DNA of 64,000 nt from Octopus sinensis (lineage: Eukaryota). A model generated the notes under the pieces. That model was not told the DNA's origin, did no database searches, and saw only the letters and a program-made list of their open reading frames with translations. The stretch covers positions 87,172,001 to 87,236,000 of the forward strand of contig NC_043001.1 in assembly GCF_006345805.1 (NCBI RefSeq), written 5' to 3'. Numbering within the stretch: position 1 is the stretch's first letter; each line of letters begins with the position of its first letter. Of this stretch, positions 26,181 to 39,712 are shown piece after piece. A program made the position numbers and the translations under genes.

Positions 26181-26664
26181 GTGAGTAAATCCATATAGAA
26201 ATATGCAGCAGTCTTGTAAACAAATAATTGTTGCTAAGGCATTTTTGTGGTACGAACAGAATCAACTCCTCACTGACTCGTGTTATCATAGATCAATCCA
26301 TTTTAAATGTAACATGGTTCACTATCAAGCATACCATGTTATCCCAGATAAGTGATAAATGAATCAGTGATAAACAAGGTTACATGTATTTCTACCAGAA
26401 GGGTTGTCCTCAACTGAAATAGCATTGAGTTGTTAGAGCATTGGTCAAAATGTTTTTTGATGTTTATATTCTGAGTTCAAATCTAATCAGTCAACTTTAC
26501 CTTTCATCCTATTGAGGGTGATATTTAAACAACTATATCTTCCCCACATCACCAAGTCTTAGGTCTTGCCCAATGTTAGAAATCCATATTTCATAAACTC
26601 CTAGGCCAATTTGAACTCTGAACTATGCCTTCTATGTTCATTGTTATCCTACATCATGTAAAAT

Positions 26665-27050
26665 ATTGATGGGTGCAGGTGTACTGTGTTCCTAACCAGA
26701 TGGCTTCAAGTTCAGTCCCATTGCATGGCACCCGAGGTGAAGTATCCTGTATAGCCAGCCAAGGGCTGTCCAAACCTTGTGTATAGATTTGGTAGATAAA
26801 AACTGAAAGAAGCTTGTCTGTGTGTGTGTATGCATGCATTTGTATCTCTTGATTTTGATATCACGTTTAATTGTTAAAAAGTGCCCCTATCATACAAGCT
26901 TTGTCATTTGTTTTCAGTTTTCCTTGAAAACATGTCAAAATGATCACCCAGGTGACCCAAGTTCAATTCCTGGAACAGGAACGTGTTACTTTCAAGGTGG
27001 TGCCCCAGTATAGCCACAGTTTAATGACTGAAATAAGTAAAAGATAAAAG
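26665..27050 (+). mobile_element. Degenerate family B/D SINE
   Basis: Head GGTGCAGGTGTACTGTG..TTCAGTCCCATTGCATGGCACC, (TG)n, tail ATGACTGAAATAAGTAAAAGATAAAAG. Confidence 0.6.
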
Positions 27051-29768
27051 ATAATTTGGTGATCATTACTGCATTATTGTATCACTCACATTGTAGCTGT
27101 TCATTTTAAGGTAGACAATTAGCCATCATAAAATAGTTTAGTGGTTTGTGGTCATTAGAGCAGAACTTATTGAAAATGTATAGGAATTTGAGTTGTTTAT
27201 GGAATATTTGTTTTGTAGGTGCAGTTATGACTATGTGGTTAAGAAGCGTTCTTTGCAGCTGCATGGTTGTGGGTTCAGTCCCACTGCAGCACCTTGGGCA
27301 AGTGCCCTGATCAACCAAAATCTTGAGTGAATTTGATAGACAGAAACTGTGTGGAAGCCTGGCATATATATGTGTAGTTGTCATCACCACCTGATAACTG
27401 GTGTTGGTTTAATTATATCCCTATAAAATAAATAAGTACTGGGGTTGATTTGTTTGATTGAAACTATGCAATGCAGTGTCTAAGCATGGCTGCAGTATAA
27501 TGACTGAAAGAAGATAAAATATGAAACCCTTTTGATAACTAAGCTAGAGACTGTCCCTGGTTCTATGATACAAAATTTTCTCTTTTAAAATGATCTAAAT
27601 TAAAATCTATCAAAATTTTATGTCAATTTATGTTCTAAAATCTAGTTTAATAAAGAGTTATTTTTGTAAATCCTTATTTTAAAACTTAATTCAAATAAAG
27701 GCAGTGTATTTCAATTGAAATATCATAATAAATAGGTTAAATTGTCTTTTGGCCAAATTTTACTTTGGCCTTATTTTGTAAATAAACAAGGTGTATTTTC
27801 ATTACTCCTTTTAATTTGTTGTTGTTGTGTAACCCCAGGGCTCTCCTGGTTGAGCAGATTTATGATCATGACATTCCACTCATAACCATCCTGTCTTTTT
27901 AGGAGTATGTAGGACTGCATAGTCTAATATTGTATTTAAAACGGTATTGTGTGATTTAAAGAGGATTTTGGCTGTCATTTCTAGCAAGCCATATGATCAC
28001 ATTGAGATTTTGCTGTGGACTCATGAAGCATAAAATCATGAGCTTTGGTGTTCTTTTGAGGTTAAAACACCCCCACTTCACTAAAACCTGTATGCTAAAC
28101 CTGGGAAAAACATCATGGAAAATAGCCAGTAAGGATTTAAGTTGCTGTTATTATTGCAGAGGCTTCTCCTTTAAATTGTCTGGTTGTGAAGAATGCTTTG
28201 ATTATATCAAATTGTGAATAACAGTTTAATTGGTGGCTTTGAACATGTAAACAAGTTTATGTATTTTTATAATTTTGTTTTTCTTTTTTTTTTCCCCTCC
28301 AATGTCTAGCTTCAAGAAAACTAGTATTGGTTTTTCCTGCCCTAACCTTTCACTTGATGTGAAGGTCATCTTAATTATCTAGTTCAAAAACTAATCTTCT
28401 ATTGATGCCATTTATGGTTATACATGTACACAATCATATTATAGCATATGCACACACGTACATATATATATATATATGCACTACAAACATACATGTGCAG
28501 AGAAGAACAATTTTAGAATGATTTTGGTCAGAAACCATATAACGAAAATAAATCCTTATTGTCAAGCCAGCTGGCATCTAATTCTAAGTCTGAAATCCTT
28601 ATTATATCTTGAATCATAGTTTTGTTACTTTATTCTTTCATTTAGATTTTCTCTATTCTTTTGACGCTGCCTATCTATATGTCTCTGTATGAAAGTTAAC
28701 CTTGTCATCAACCACTAAGTCCATAGGGTTGGTGCTGCACTGTAATTTCTTGAACTTTAAGCATGTAAGATGAATTCTCCTTGCATGTAGATTGACCCCT
28801 ACTTTAACACAAGTTAAATTACATGTGAAAGTTTCTCTGCTAGTTTTCCCACAGAAAGGTGAATTGAAACTTATAGAATTAAATGTTCTATCCGGACATC
28901 ATAAATACCTGATATAAATTTGAACTCGTAACCTATGAGCTAGCAATCTAATACTTTGATAGCCTTGTATTTACTTTGTATGTTTATGTCTACCTGTGTG
29001 GATGATAAATTTTAAATATTCATTATATATAATTAGTATCGCATGGAAATTTCTAGATTCATACTGATGGAATATTTATTTAGCTGTCTCTGCAAATATT
29101 GACATCATGGATTTATTTCAGAACATAGTGAAGGGGTGGGAATGTGGTTTCATGGATATGGTTATTTTAGTTGGAGGATATATATGTTCTGTGTAATCTA
29201 TTGGTTGAAAGTCTGGAAGCTACATATTCTACCATTGACTAAATTCCTGGTGTTCACACATGTTCTGTCTGGAGTCTTCACATACTCGATGTGGCATTGC
29301 TAAGTTTAACAAAAAAAAAATAAATATGTGGGTGGCACTTATATTTTCAGCAGTGGCCTCTCTGACACACCAGAATACTTAAATGTGTATAGTGTCCAAT
29401 GCACATTACCGTGAACATTTGTGGATCAGAAAGTTTGGTGCATTTGGTGTTTGTAAACTCATGTGAAAGTAGATGGGACTTAGTAATACTCCAAATAAAC
29501 CAAGGTTATTATGAATAATATCATAAACATCAGTCTTAATTAAAAACACTTGAGTGAAGCTAGCATATGGTCTCAGTTGGCCCTGAGACAGTTGAATTTG
29601 TCTGTAAATCTGTCTAAATTCTCACCTGGTGTACATTAGATCAAATGATTGCAGTGATATCTTAACCAAACAGCACCTGCTAATACTGTTTCAAGTCAGT
29701 GTTTGATGAAACCGTTAGAAATATTTTATGAGCTCTTGAGTTTCATCACATTTAGTAAATGTCTAATC

Positions 29769-29991
29769 CAGCATTTTTCAACCGGAACCCTAGAGTTCTG
29801 CAAAAGGTTCCTAGGGATTCCACGAGAAAGAGTGAAATAAGCTAATGCTAAGTTCATGATCGTAATATTACTATACATGCATGACATAGTTTGGTTATTG
29901 TAATATAGACATCATCCTATCTTACCTATTATGTTATCAAAAAAATATAACCATTTGAGATATATTTAGTGATGTCTGTAATTTATGGACA

Positions 29992-30031
<40 letters not shown>

Positions 30032-30154
30032 GCATGAACTATGATGAAAAAATGAGAAAGATATAGTATATCATTTTTTTGGGGGGCAGCGGTTCCTTGA
30101 GACATGTAATTTATTTTAAGGGCTACACAAGAGTAAAAAGGTTGAAAAACACTG
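29769..30154. mobile_element. hAT-superfamily MITE with 8-bp target-site duplication
   Basis: TIRs CAGCATTTTTCAACC / GGTTGAAAAACACTG; GTCTAATC duplicated at 29761-29768 and 30155-30162. CAG..CTG ends with an 8-bp TSD are typical of hAT. Confidence 0.9.
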
Positions 30155-31625
30155 GTCTAATCCATGTAAGAAATCTCTTTAACAATTAATACCAAATTAT
30201 TTCCATGATTTTTCAATCATATTTTCTTACATGTGATATAATCATATTCAACACTTCACATTTCAAGGTCATAAAGTATGATGAAAAGTAAATTATTTTA
30301 AAACAGTGATGTCAGCAGCTTAAATATATTTAAATATATTTTTACTACAAAGTTCAAAGATGACTGCTTTCATTTATGACTTCTACAGAGCTTTGTTTTT
30401 ACCATTTCAGATCATTTTAAAATTTTGTTTCTTTAAGTGTATCTGACATCAGAATACTAATTTAATGTTCTTTAATGCATTTCATGTTAATGTATTTTGC
30501 ATTTTCCTAAAAATATTAAAATATCATTATATAAATATAAACATTTTTTTCACAAACATACATATGTATATTTGCATGCCGGATAGCTGCATAGTTAAGA
30601 AGCTTACTTCCCAACCACTTGGTTTTGGGTTCAGTCCCATTACATGGTATTTAGGACAGGTCTCTACTTTTATAGCCCTTGGGCCAACCAAAGCTTTTCG
30701 AGTGGATTTGTAGTCAGTATCTGAAAGTAACCTGTTGCATGTGTGTTTGTGTGTGTTTCCTTGTTTTCACATCATGAAATAGTTATAAAATAGAGGTCAC
30801 TGTCATACATGTCCCGCCTTGGGAAAAAGGAATATTGCTTGAAAACAGGTTGAGGTTGATAGCAGGAAGGATCTCCAGTCATAGAAAATCTGTCTGAGAA
30901 AATTCTGTTTGACTTATGCAAGCATGAAAAAATAGGTATTAAATTGGTGTGTGTGTGAATACATCATGCCCACTAACATCAGTATTACTCAACTGTGTAA
31001 TTGTCTTTGGAAAGGAAGTTTTCATGATCTTGATTAAGAAAGCCTGAAAACATAATATTACCTGTAAGAATAACAGTGCCCAGGTGACAGTAAGGTAAAC
31101 ATCTTGTATCTGCAGTGACTAGTAGTGTGTGTGTTGTACATGATGGTGCAGCCTTGCACTGTCAACTATGAGTTAGAAGTGAAATAGTAATAATGTCAGG
31201 TATAGCACAGCTGCTGTACCATACTGCAATGCAGTATACTAGGATGCTCTATGTTGTACACCATCAAGAAACGCTTTGTTTAGCTTTCTAAAGAAATATT
31301 GACCTTTAGACAATCTTCAACAGAGAATTTGTGTTGCTGAACTATATAGATGATATCTGTCAATGTAATTTGGAAAAAGTACACACAACTTTTAATTGTT
31401 CCTTCATTTCCAATTTGTCTTTTTGGCAACCAAATCTAACAAAATATCTTCTGTATAATACATAAAAATGGTAGTTGTGCTGCGTACTCAAAGTAAACTC
31501 CATAATTTATAGTGTCTACAGTTTAAGTCAGAAAATGAGATTTTTTAGTTTCTCACAGTAAGAAGGTCTGGAACAGTGTTGGCAAACCTTTTTAGATCAG
31601 CATGTTGAAATTTTAATTTCTTTAA

Positions 31626-31837
31626 CTCTTTCGTTACCAAATTTGTACTAAAATGCATTGCTTTTTTTTTTTTTAGTTAGGTTTGAAAATACTGTAAAAT
31701 TTAGTACTATAAATTTGTTGTTATTAAGCTGGTTTTTGGAGCGTGAACTTTTGATAGGTTTTAATTTAATCACTTGAAAACAGAAAATTTATGTTATCAA
31801 ACCAAGGGTGATTTCAGGTAGGTTTGTATGAAAAGGG
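31626..31837. mobile_element. TTAA-type MITE, family 1
   Basis: TTAA|CTCTTTTCGTTACC .. GTATGAAAAGGG|TTAG. Confidence 0.65.
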
Positions 31838-33100
31838 TTAGTCCTACTGTTATGGGAGTGTCACACTTCTAGATTAGCTTTTTGATATAATTACAGGGAG
31901 TTTTTTTTTAACAATTCATCAGTGTGTCACCTATGACATGCATATCATTTGTTTGTTATCAATGTCCTAAGAAAAATTATAAAAGTTAACACAAAATATT
32001 TAGTTTGTCTGAAGGTATTAACTATTGGTACGTGGAGTATCGACTATTTTAGGATACTTTGATCTTTTATTAGGTCTGCCAATGTGTTTATCAGGCTAAG
32101 TAACCTTCAGTCCAGAGCATTTTTAATAGCCTTATTCCTTGTCTTTTCCTTCAAGTTCTGCAGGGAAATAAATATCTTTGAAAGGTCACTATTCATCATA
32201 TGGCTAACATAACCATAAACTGAAGAACAATTTATATAAATAAGCTCCAGCATTATTTTTATTTATATATGTAATGCAATGAACTTGCCACTTGTGCTTT
32301 TTATTACTACAAGGTTATGTATTTGAATTGGGACGCAGCTACTTTATATTCAACTATCCTTAACTCTTCCTGCTATCAATCAATTATAGTTCACAACACT
32401 GTCTAATATATATACTATTCGAATCACTATGATAACTTATGTCATTCATTGACCTGCCCCCTCCTTTTATGGAATACTGCATCTTCAACTTGCTCCAAGA
32501 CAAAAGCTGAGTTAGTCTACCCAATGTTACTTTATACATATTTGTCTGTCCTAGAATCCAAATAATTATTACTATGTCCTAGAATCGAAATAATCATTAT
32601 TCTGTCCTCTACAGGTCACCTTCTAAATTATTGACTTTTATCCATTCAAACTAAAACCAAACCTAATCTCTTGTTATATGGTCCATTTCATTAAGCTGAT
32701 GCAAAATAGTGCACTGTTATTTCACTTGTTTTGCACTTTTAATTCTTTTTTCTTATGTAAATCTTATGTGAGTAAATGTTACAATTTAATAATTTTCATG
32801 TGGGCCTGACTATTTGAATATATAGATTAAACATGTTTTTACATTATTAAAATTGGTTGGTCATTTAAGGTGATATGGCTAACATGTGGACCAGTTTATA
32901 CTTCACCTGGGCATCTTGCCACCTATGTAGGAAGGCTATGAGACTTTGGCACCATCTATTTGATATTGATGATTCAATGCTGAGTTATTTGACGTCAGGC
33001 ATTTTAATGTTTCTCTTGTTCTTTTTCTCTCTTTATGTATGTGAATATTTCTCAGTATGTATGAGAAGGAAACTGTTTATGTTCAAATAATAAATTGTAA

Positions 33101-33157
33101 CCCCCTCTCTCCCTCCCCCCTATCTCCCCCCCCCATCTCTCTCCACCCCCACCCCCC
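33101..33157 (-). other. C-rich tract; G-quadruplex-capable on the minus strand
   Basis: At least six runs of 3 or more C with short spacers. Confidence 0.5.
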
Positions 33158-34082
33158 TGCACATGTGTGTTTGTCTTCAGAACCAAAAAGTATTGTCACC
33201 AAAACAGTCTGAATGTCCAGTCAGCTGTACCAAAATATTGTATCCAAACAGCTGCACCCAACCATCCCATTCCAATCTAGGAGGGATTCTGGAAAGGCCA
33301 TAACCACTGCTCTTTCTTCAACTAACTTACAAAAAGAAAATCTGAAAGTCTTTAAAATTCTTTGTATTAATTTCTGATTTGGAGGATATTTTCATGTCAG
33401 TTTTCATGATGCATGATGCATCACTTATAATTAAGCTTTTAGTTAAAAAAATCAATCAGTTACCTTTTATGGAGAAAAAAGTTGCCATTTAGTTTAAATA
33501 TGCAGATGCTTAATCTAAGACAAAATGAGAAATAAATGTATCCAATCTTGTATTCTTTTGATTCTGCATTGCCTAGGCCACTTGTACTTCCATTCACGCA
33601 TAATTTATTGTTACTACATTTGGTTGCTAAGTTTCTGTTGAAATACTCTACTTTTGTTTCAGTTAAGTCTGAAAATAATGAAGAATTTAGTGAAATAATT
33701 TTATTCTTATGCTGGTGTTTGGGGAACATAAATTAGCATGGAATTATGAACATAAATTAGCATGGAATTAAAAAAATTAATTTAGAACACTTTAAAACAA
33801 GAAGTTTGTATCAAAGCCAGGTGGTTTGTTGGATAATTATCAAAAGGATTGATATAAGAGATGCTATTTTATTTTGCCTTGCTAAATGCTTCAAATGAAT
33901 CTTTTTTAATTCTTAAATTAAAACTAAACAGTTTTTTAAAAAAGTTTTTGGGATATTTCAGTAGAATATTTTGAAGTTTATTTCACTTAAAGAAATAAAC
34001 ACATGTTAGTGACCCAACTGGGCTAAAAAAAATTTTTTTTTTTCTTTGAGCTGACTGACTATAACAACCTGTAAGGTATACT

Positions 34083-34308
34083 ATTTCTTTACTACCCACA
34101 AGGGGCTAAACACAGAGAGGACAAACAAGGACAGACAAATGGATTAAGTCGATTATATCGACCCCCAGTGCTTAACTGGTACTTATTTAATTGACCCCAA
34201 AAGGATGAAAGGCAAAGTCGACCGCTGCAGAATTTGAACTCAGAATGTAAAAACAGACGAAATACCGCTAAGCATTTCACCCGGCATGCTAACGCTTCTG
34301 CCAGCTCG
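34083..34308 (-). mobile_element. SINE family A with target-site duplication
   Basis: CCTGTAAGGTATACT at 34068-34082 and 34309-34323 flanks a complete reverse copy. Confidence 0.9.
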
Positions 34309-34371
34309 CCTGTAAGGTATACTTAGAATACCTGTGAAACACATTATTAATCAAACTAAAATATTGTTTTC

Positions 34372-34577
34372 TACTCCAGGCACAAGGCCTGAAATTTTGG
34401 GGGAGAGGGCCAGTCAATTAGATCGACCCCAGTACGCAACTGGTACTTAATTTATCGACCCTGAAAGGATGAAAGGCAAAGTTGACCTCAGAGGAATTTG
34501 AATTCAGAATGTAAAGAAAGACGAAATACCACTAAGCATTTCGCCCAGCGTGCTAACATTTCTGCCTGCTCACTGCC
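34372..34577 (-). mobile_element. SINE family A variant
   Basis: GAAAGGCAAAGTTGACCTC..CTAAGCATTTCGCCCAGCGTGCTAAC. Confidence 0.8.
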
Positions 34578-36344
34578 TTTCAAACTAAAATATTATTAGC
34601 ACACCTGTCTTATTCATTTTCATTTATCTTACATGTTCATATGATTTACTTCCTTAATAAGTAATGAAAATAAAAATCAAATAATTTTTTTTTCTGTTAA
34701 ATCCTCTGATGACCAAGGGCTAGTTCAATAAATAACAACACCAGTACCACCACTACTACAACTACAACCACCACCACCTGGCTACTTTCAGATCTATTCA
34801 CTATTGTTTGGTAGTTGGTTTACTTGTAAGGAAAGTTGTGCTTATAGTTTATAACAACGTATAATTGACATGTCAGCTGAAAGCAGACTGTTTTCTGTGC
34901 CCTGCTAGTTTTATATCTAAATTGTCAATCATAGCTGTTGGTTCAGTGGCTATGTATGCTCCACCTACTTATTCATCTCTGCCAGCCACCCCATTCATGT
35001 TTAGTTGTATCCTTCCTACCTACTACTATATTATTAGACAGTCACCTCACTCACTATCACACACAGTAGCCACACTCCAGGAGCCAACTTTTGGTTAAAC
35101 TTTTTCTTACAAAAATGTCTACAGAAAACAAACCAGTTATGCGATGTATCTCTCATGATGAATTCAAAATGGTAACATTTCTACTTTGTTTACTTTATTT
35201 TTTACTTATCTTCTTTTCATATGTCAGTAAACTCTGCTTCACATGTGGTATAGGTAAACACAGGACATTGCTTAAAAGGTGATAAGATAGTCAGGAAATC
35301 TTAATTTTTATCTTTGTTTACCTGTCTCTTTTGTTGTTGATTTCCTTCTATGAATGACTTTTTCTTTTAGATGCATTGTGTGAGTGTGTTTGTGTATGTG
35401 TGTACAAACATCATATTCTTATCAAAAGTTTCCTTATCATAAAAAATATTATTCATATAAATACAAATTTATGAATGTATTTATTTGCGTTTAAATTTAA
35501 GTATATATTGCATGTGTATGGTGTGTACACATGCATACATGTACATGTGTTGGAGCGGTTCTAGGGATTAACTACAGTTTCCTAATATCCTTATTCTTCT
35601 CTCAATCGCACACACACACACACACACACACACTCTTACTCGCACCACCTGGAATATGTCCAAAATCTGCTGCTGACCATTTGAATGTTCATCTCCGACC
35701 AGGCAGTTACCTACAGATTCCTACCTTTTTCTTTTTTTTAATTTCCATATGTATGTCACTTATATATTTACATCTCAATTAATATATACCCATGCCAACA
35801 TGGAACGTGAACATTAAATAATCGTGATGATATTTAAAGTTCATACGTAACATTCAGTATCTTATTTACTTATCATAGTTCTGTTTGTAAGAATTTCTGT
35901 TACAGTTGATAGTAATGAAGTAAATGTTTACATTTTTTTGCAAGAAAGCTTGTCAATCAATAGCTATTACTGACAAATCTGTGCACATGCCAAACCATGT
36001 TTTCTCACGTGTCTTGACAAGATACTAACTTGTTACTGATCATCAAAATGTGTTTGATGGTATTAATGATAATCATGATGTTGGTGGTTGCGACGGTGGA
36101 GATTTAATCTATATATTTTATGTGTCTATTGTAGGATTAAGGTTTTTCACTTAATTGGCACTGAATTTTTACTTCTTACTAATGCAGCAAATATTTATTA
36201 TATTGTTTTATTTTATTTATGCTATAATCTAAGTATCATCTCTATATTTTCCTCTGTTTTTAATGAGCTTATGTGAGAAGTTATCAGCGTTTGCTTGCAC
36301 GTGTGAATCTGATTTTGATCTGCAATACATACATTTTTGTTTAG

Positions 36345-36359
36345 CCTGCACAATATACT
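36345..36359 (+). other. Candidate 15-nt microexon
   Basis: ATTTTTGTTTAG|CCTGCACAATATACT|GTAAGT with TGC motifs upstream. Confidence 0.3.
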
Positions 36360-37364
36360 GTAAGTCAGTTGTGTGTATACAGATTTTAAATGTTTGAGTC
36401 CCTTAAGATGATCATTTCTGACACTACTTATTTAGGGTTTGTACCCCCTCCTTCATATGTCAGGGTTTGAACTCACCATTGCTAACTAATGAAACACTCA
36501 TTGATTAATTGTTGAGGAGTGTTTCTTCTGATGGAATGAGACAAATGGGTGTGGATGTTCAGATATTGATGATTTGGCACAGCTAAATGACCATTCAATC
36601 TGTTTTAGAGCTGAAGGCAAACACACACACATGCACACACACACGTGTACATAGAAAAACAGAAAGAGAGAGAAAGATAGAAAATGAAAGAAACCTTAAA
36701 ATGTCTGATGTCAACTAAGTCAGTATTAAATCAGTGATTCCAAATAGTGCCAAAATGTCTCAAAACCCTTCCACTGAAGGCTGTAAGCTATACCATCCAT
36801 TGTACCTATTTTCATCTGGATACATTGGACCTGCAATTAAAATCTTTTGGCCTTGGACAAAGTTCAGCACCAATGATAGGAATACAATAAACTCTGGATC
36901 CATCAACCACTATTTAATTGCCTTCACCATTAGATAATACTCTGAGTTTAGTTAGAATAACTTTACTAACAGAAATCTTTTAAAGACTGTTCACCTCATC
37001 ATTACTCTCTTTTCGTAAAACACATTTTAAGCAGTTTAGTTTGTGTTTATCATCAAATATCATGTGTATATAGATGTACTGCAATGAAAACCTGGAGATA
37101 TTGCATGAAATAACGGTTTATTAGTTCAATTTTAGCTGAGGATACACACACACATGTTGAACATATGACAATTGAAGTCTAAACCATGTTTAAAAAGTAA
37201 TTACAGAAAAGATGAAGCTATTTAGTCCCAAAAATGTTTAATTAGTCATCATAAAAATTAATCACTAATATCTTTCCAGTATAAAGTATTAATGGACTAC
37301 AGTTTGTTGTTATAGTTATTTCATATTATATTTTATATATATATATATATATATAAATAAAATC

Positions 37365-37543
37365 TTGATTCAGTCATTAGGCTGTGACTGTACTGGGGCA
37401 CTGCCTTGGAAACTTTGAAGGAATCAGTCCCAGTACTTTGTTTTCTAAGCCTGATACTTATTCTATTTGTCTCTTTTGCCAAACTGCTAAGTTATGAGGA
37501 CGTAAACACATCAGCACCAGTTGTCAAGCAGTGATCTCTCTCT

Positions 37544-37618
<75 letters not shown>

Positions 37619-37780
37619 CACGCTTCTTCTTTCAGTTTCTGCCTACCAGATCCATTCACAAGGCTTTGGTCAACCTGAAGCTATAGCATAAGACACTTGC
37701 TGAAGGTACCATGCAGTGGGACTGAACCTAGAACCATGTGGTAGGGAAGTAAACTTCTTACCACGCAATCACACCTGTGC
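37365..37780 (-). mobile_element. SINE family B with long (CA)/(TA) core
   Basis: Tail TTCAGTCATTAGGCTG.., (AT)n at 37561-37616, head reverse of CAGGTGTGATTGCGTGGTAAG. Confidence 0.8.
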
Positions 37781-39049
37781 CTATATATAATTTTGTCACT
37801 TGTCTTTGTTTCATGAAACTGTCTTTAACAAAACAAGATATTGGGTGGGCTTTTAGTTGGTTTGAAATTTACAAATTTTACAGAGAAAAATGCAAGAAAT
37901 GCTTTGATATTACTGTTGTAAATTCTTGAATAAGGACTCGCTTATAGAACTGATATATGCTGGTGAGGTGATCTCTAAGAATGGATGTCTTGAGCTGCTC
38001 ACAAATATTTGCTGTAGCAGTCCAATGAGTATTGATTGTAATTGGATGATTATGTTGGTGATAAACACGAGCAGGTATTCCAGAATTACATATTTAGGCC
38101 CAACAGTCTATATAAATTCCTTTCCCACATCATCCATGCTGCAATGTATGGATGCTCTTTGTTATGCTAACTTCTGAAATAAATTAAGAATACAGATTTT
38201 ATGATAACAATTAAATCAAACTTAGATGGTATACTGTCAAATGGTAACTTGGGTTTTGGCCATCGTTGGCCCAGATTATGTCTAACTAAATAGCTCACTT
38301 GGACATTATAGCCTACATAAGTAGGAAGTTGCTGTTTGTATCTGGGTGTTGTATTTGGATATCAGTGGTTTGTCTGGTATTTCTTAGAGGAATTTTTCTA
38401 GGTATTATTTGAATATTATGGAGCCTTTTTCTTGTTTGATTTCTTTTGGAATAATTTTGAACAAGATAGGACCAGTTGGGGTAAAAGATAAACATCATGT
38501 TTCTATGTGATGTGAGCTTGATTTTTGTAAAGGGTATATGGCATGGCAACCAAGCCTTTGGTGACATGTGAACTTGATGTCATTTGGACAATGTTGATGG
38601 AGTATTTTCCACATAGTACAAATGATGTCGCCCTCAGGCCAGTGTTAGAGAGAGTGGAGTTTGAGCTTTTTGAGGCAGTCTCATCATTCAAGGCCTATCA
38701 TTTCATTTATTAATAATAATCTAGATATTCATTATAGAATTAACTTTACTGCTTTGTTTTTCTTTTATTCATTATCACCATTGTCTGTTTTCTTTGCTAC
38801 CATAGTTTTACACACACACACACGCATACACACATATATATAAATGTTTAAATTTTTCTGATTTTCTTTTAATTTTGGTTTACTTTATGAACTGATATAT
38901 ATCACCACCATTACCTTGAGATACTGGTGATTGGGGCAGTCATATTACAAGTACACTCTGAACAATGTGTCATTAAAGTGACTTGTCTTTTTAAACAAGA
39001 TAGTTGTTTACATGTTATGTAACCTTAATAATACTGTCAATCTAACTTT

Positions 39050-39410
39050 TATTTGCTTCAGTCATTGGACTGCAGCCATGCTGGAATACTGCCTTAAAGA
39101 GTTTATTTGATGAAATTGATCCCAACACTTATTTTTAAGTTTGGCTCTTATTCTTTCAGTCTTTTTTGTCAATCTGCTAAGTTACAGGGACATATACCAA
39201 CACAAGATATCAAACAGTGATAGATGCAAACATACACACACACACACATGCATATGTGACAAGCTTCCATATAGTTTCCGTTTACCAAATTCACTTACAA
39301 AGAAATGGTTGTCCTAGTACTATAGTAAAAGACACTTGCTCAAGGTGCCATGCACTGAGACTGAAACCAAAACCACATGGTTACAAAGCAAGCTTCTTAA
39401 CCACACAGTC
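39050..39410 (-). mobile_element. SINE family B, degenerate
   Basis: TTCAGTCATTGGACTGCAGCCATGCTGG..GCTTCTTAACCACACAG. Confidence 0.7.
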
Positions 39411-39507
39411 GAAAAATATCTACTTAAGTTACTCTTCATTACTACTAACTGTCTTCAGTGGTTTATTATTAAGCTGAAGTAGTCCCTGTATGTTTAAATA
39501 AATCCTC

Positions 39508-39712
39508 ATCATATGCTGGCATTGGTTGGACAGTTTGACAGGAGCTGACCAGCTGAAGAGTTGCTCCGGTTTCATGTCTACAGCTGGATGCCTTTCCTAA
39601 TGCCAACCACTTTACAGAGTGTATTGGGTGCTTTTACACAGCACTAGCACCAGTGTGTTTACATGACACCGGTATGGGTGCTTTGTATGTAACATCAGCA
39701 CCTATGAGCCCA
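39508..39712 (-). mobile_element. Retroposon family C, degenerate
   Basis: CATCATCATATGCTGGCATTGGTTGGACAG..GGATGCCTTTCCTAATGCCAACCAC..GGTGCTTT subunits. Confidence 0.65.

Noticed and set aside
29122-29196. Peptide NIVKGWECGFMDM resembling the FKBP VIKGWDEG motif
   Set aside because: Flanking FKBP residues are absent, stops lie close on both sides and the donor is weak.
38300-38710. Protein-like open frames on both strands
   Set aside because: No usable splice sites and no motif; probably a decayed transposon I cannot classify.
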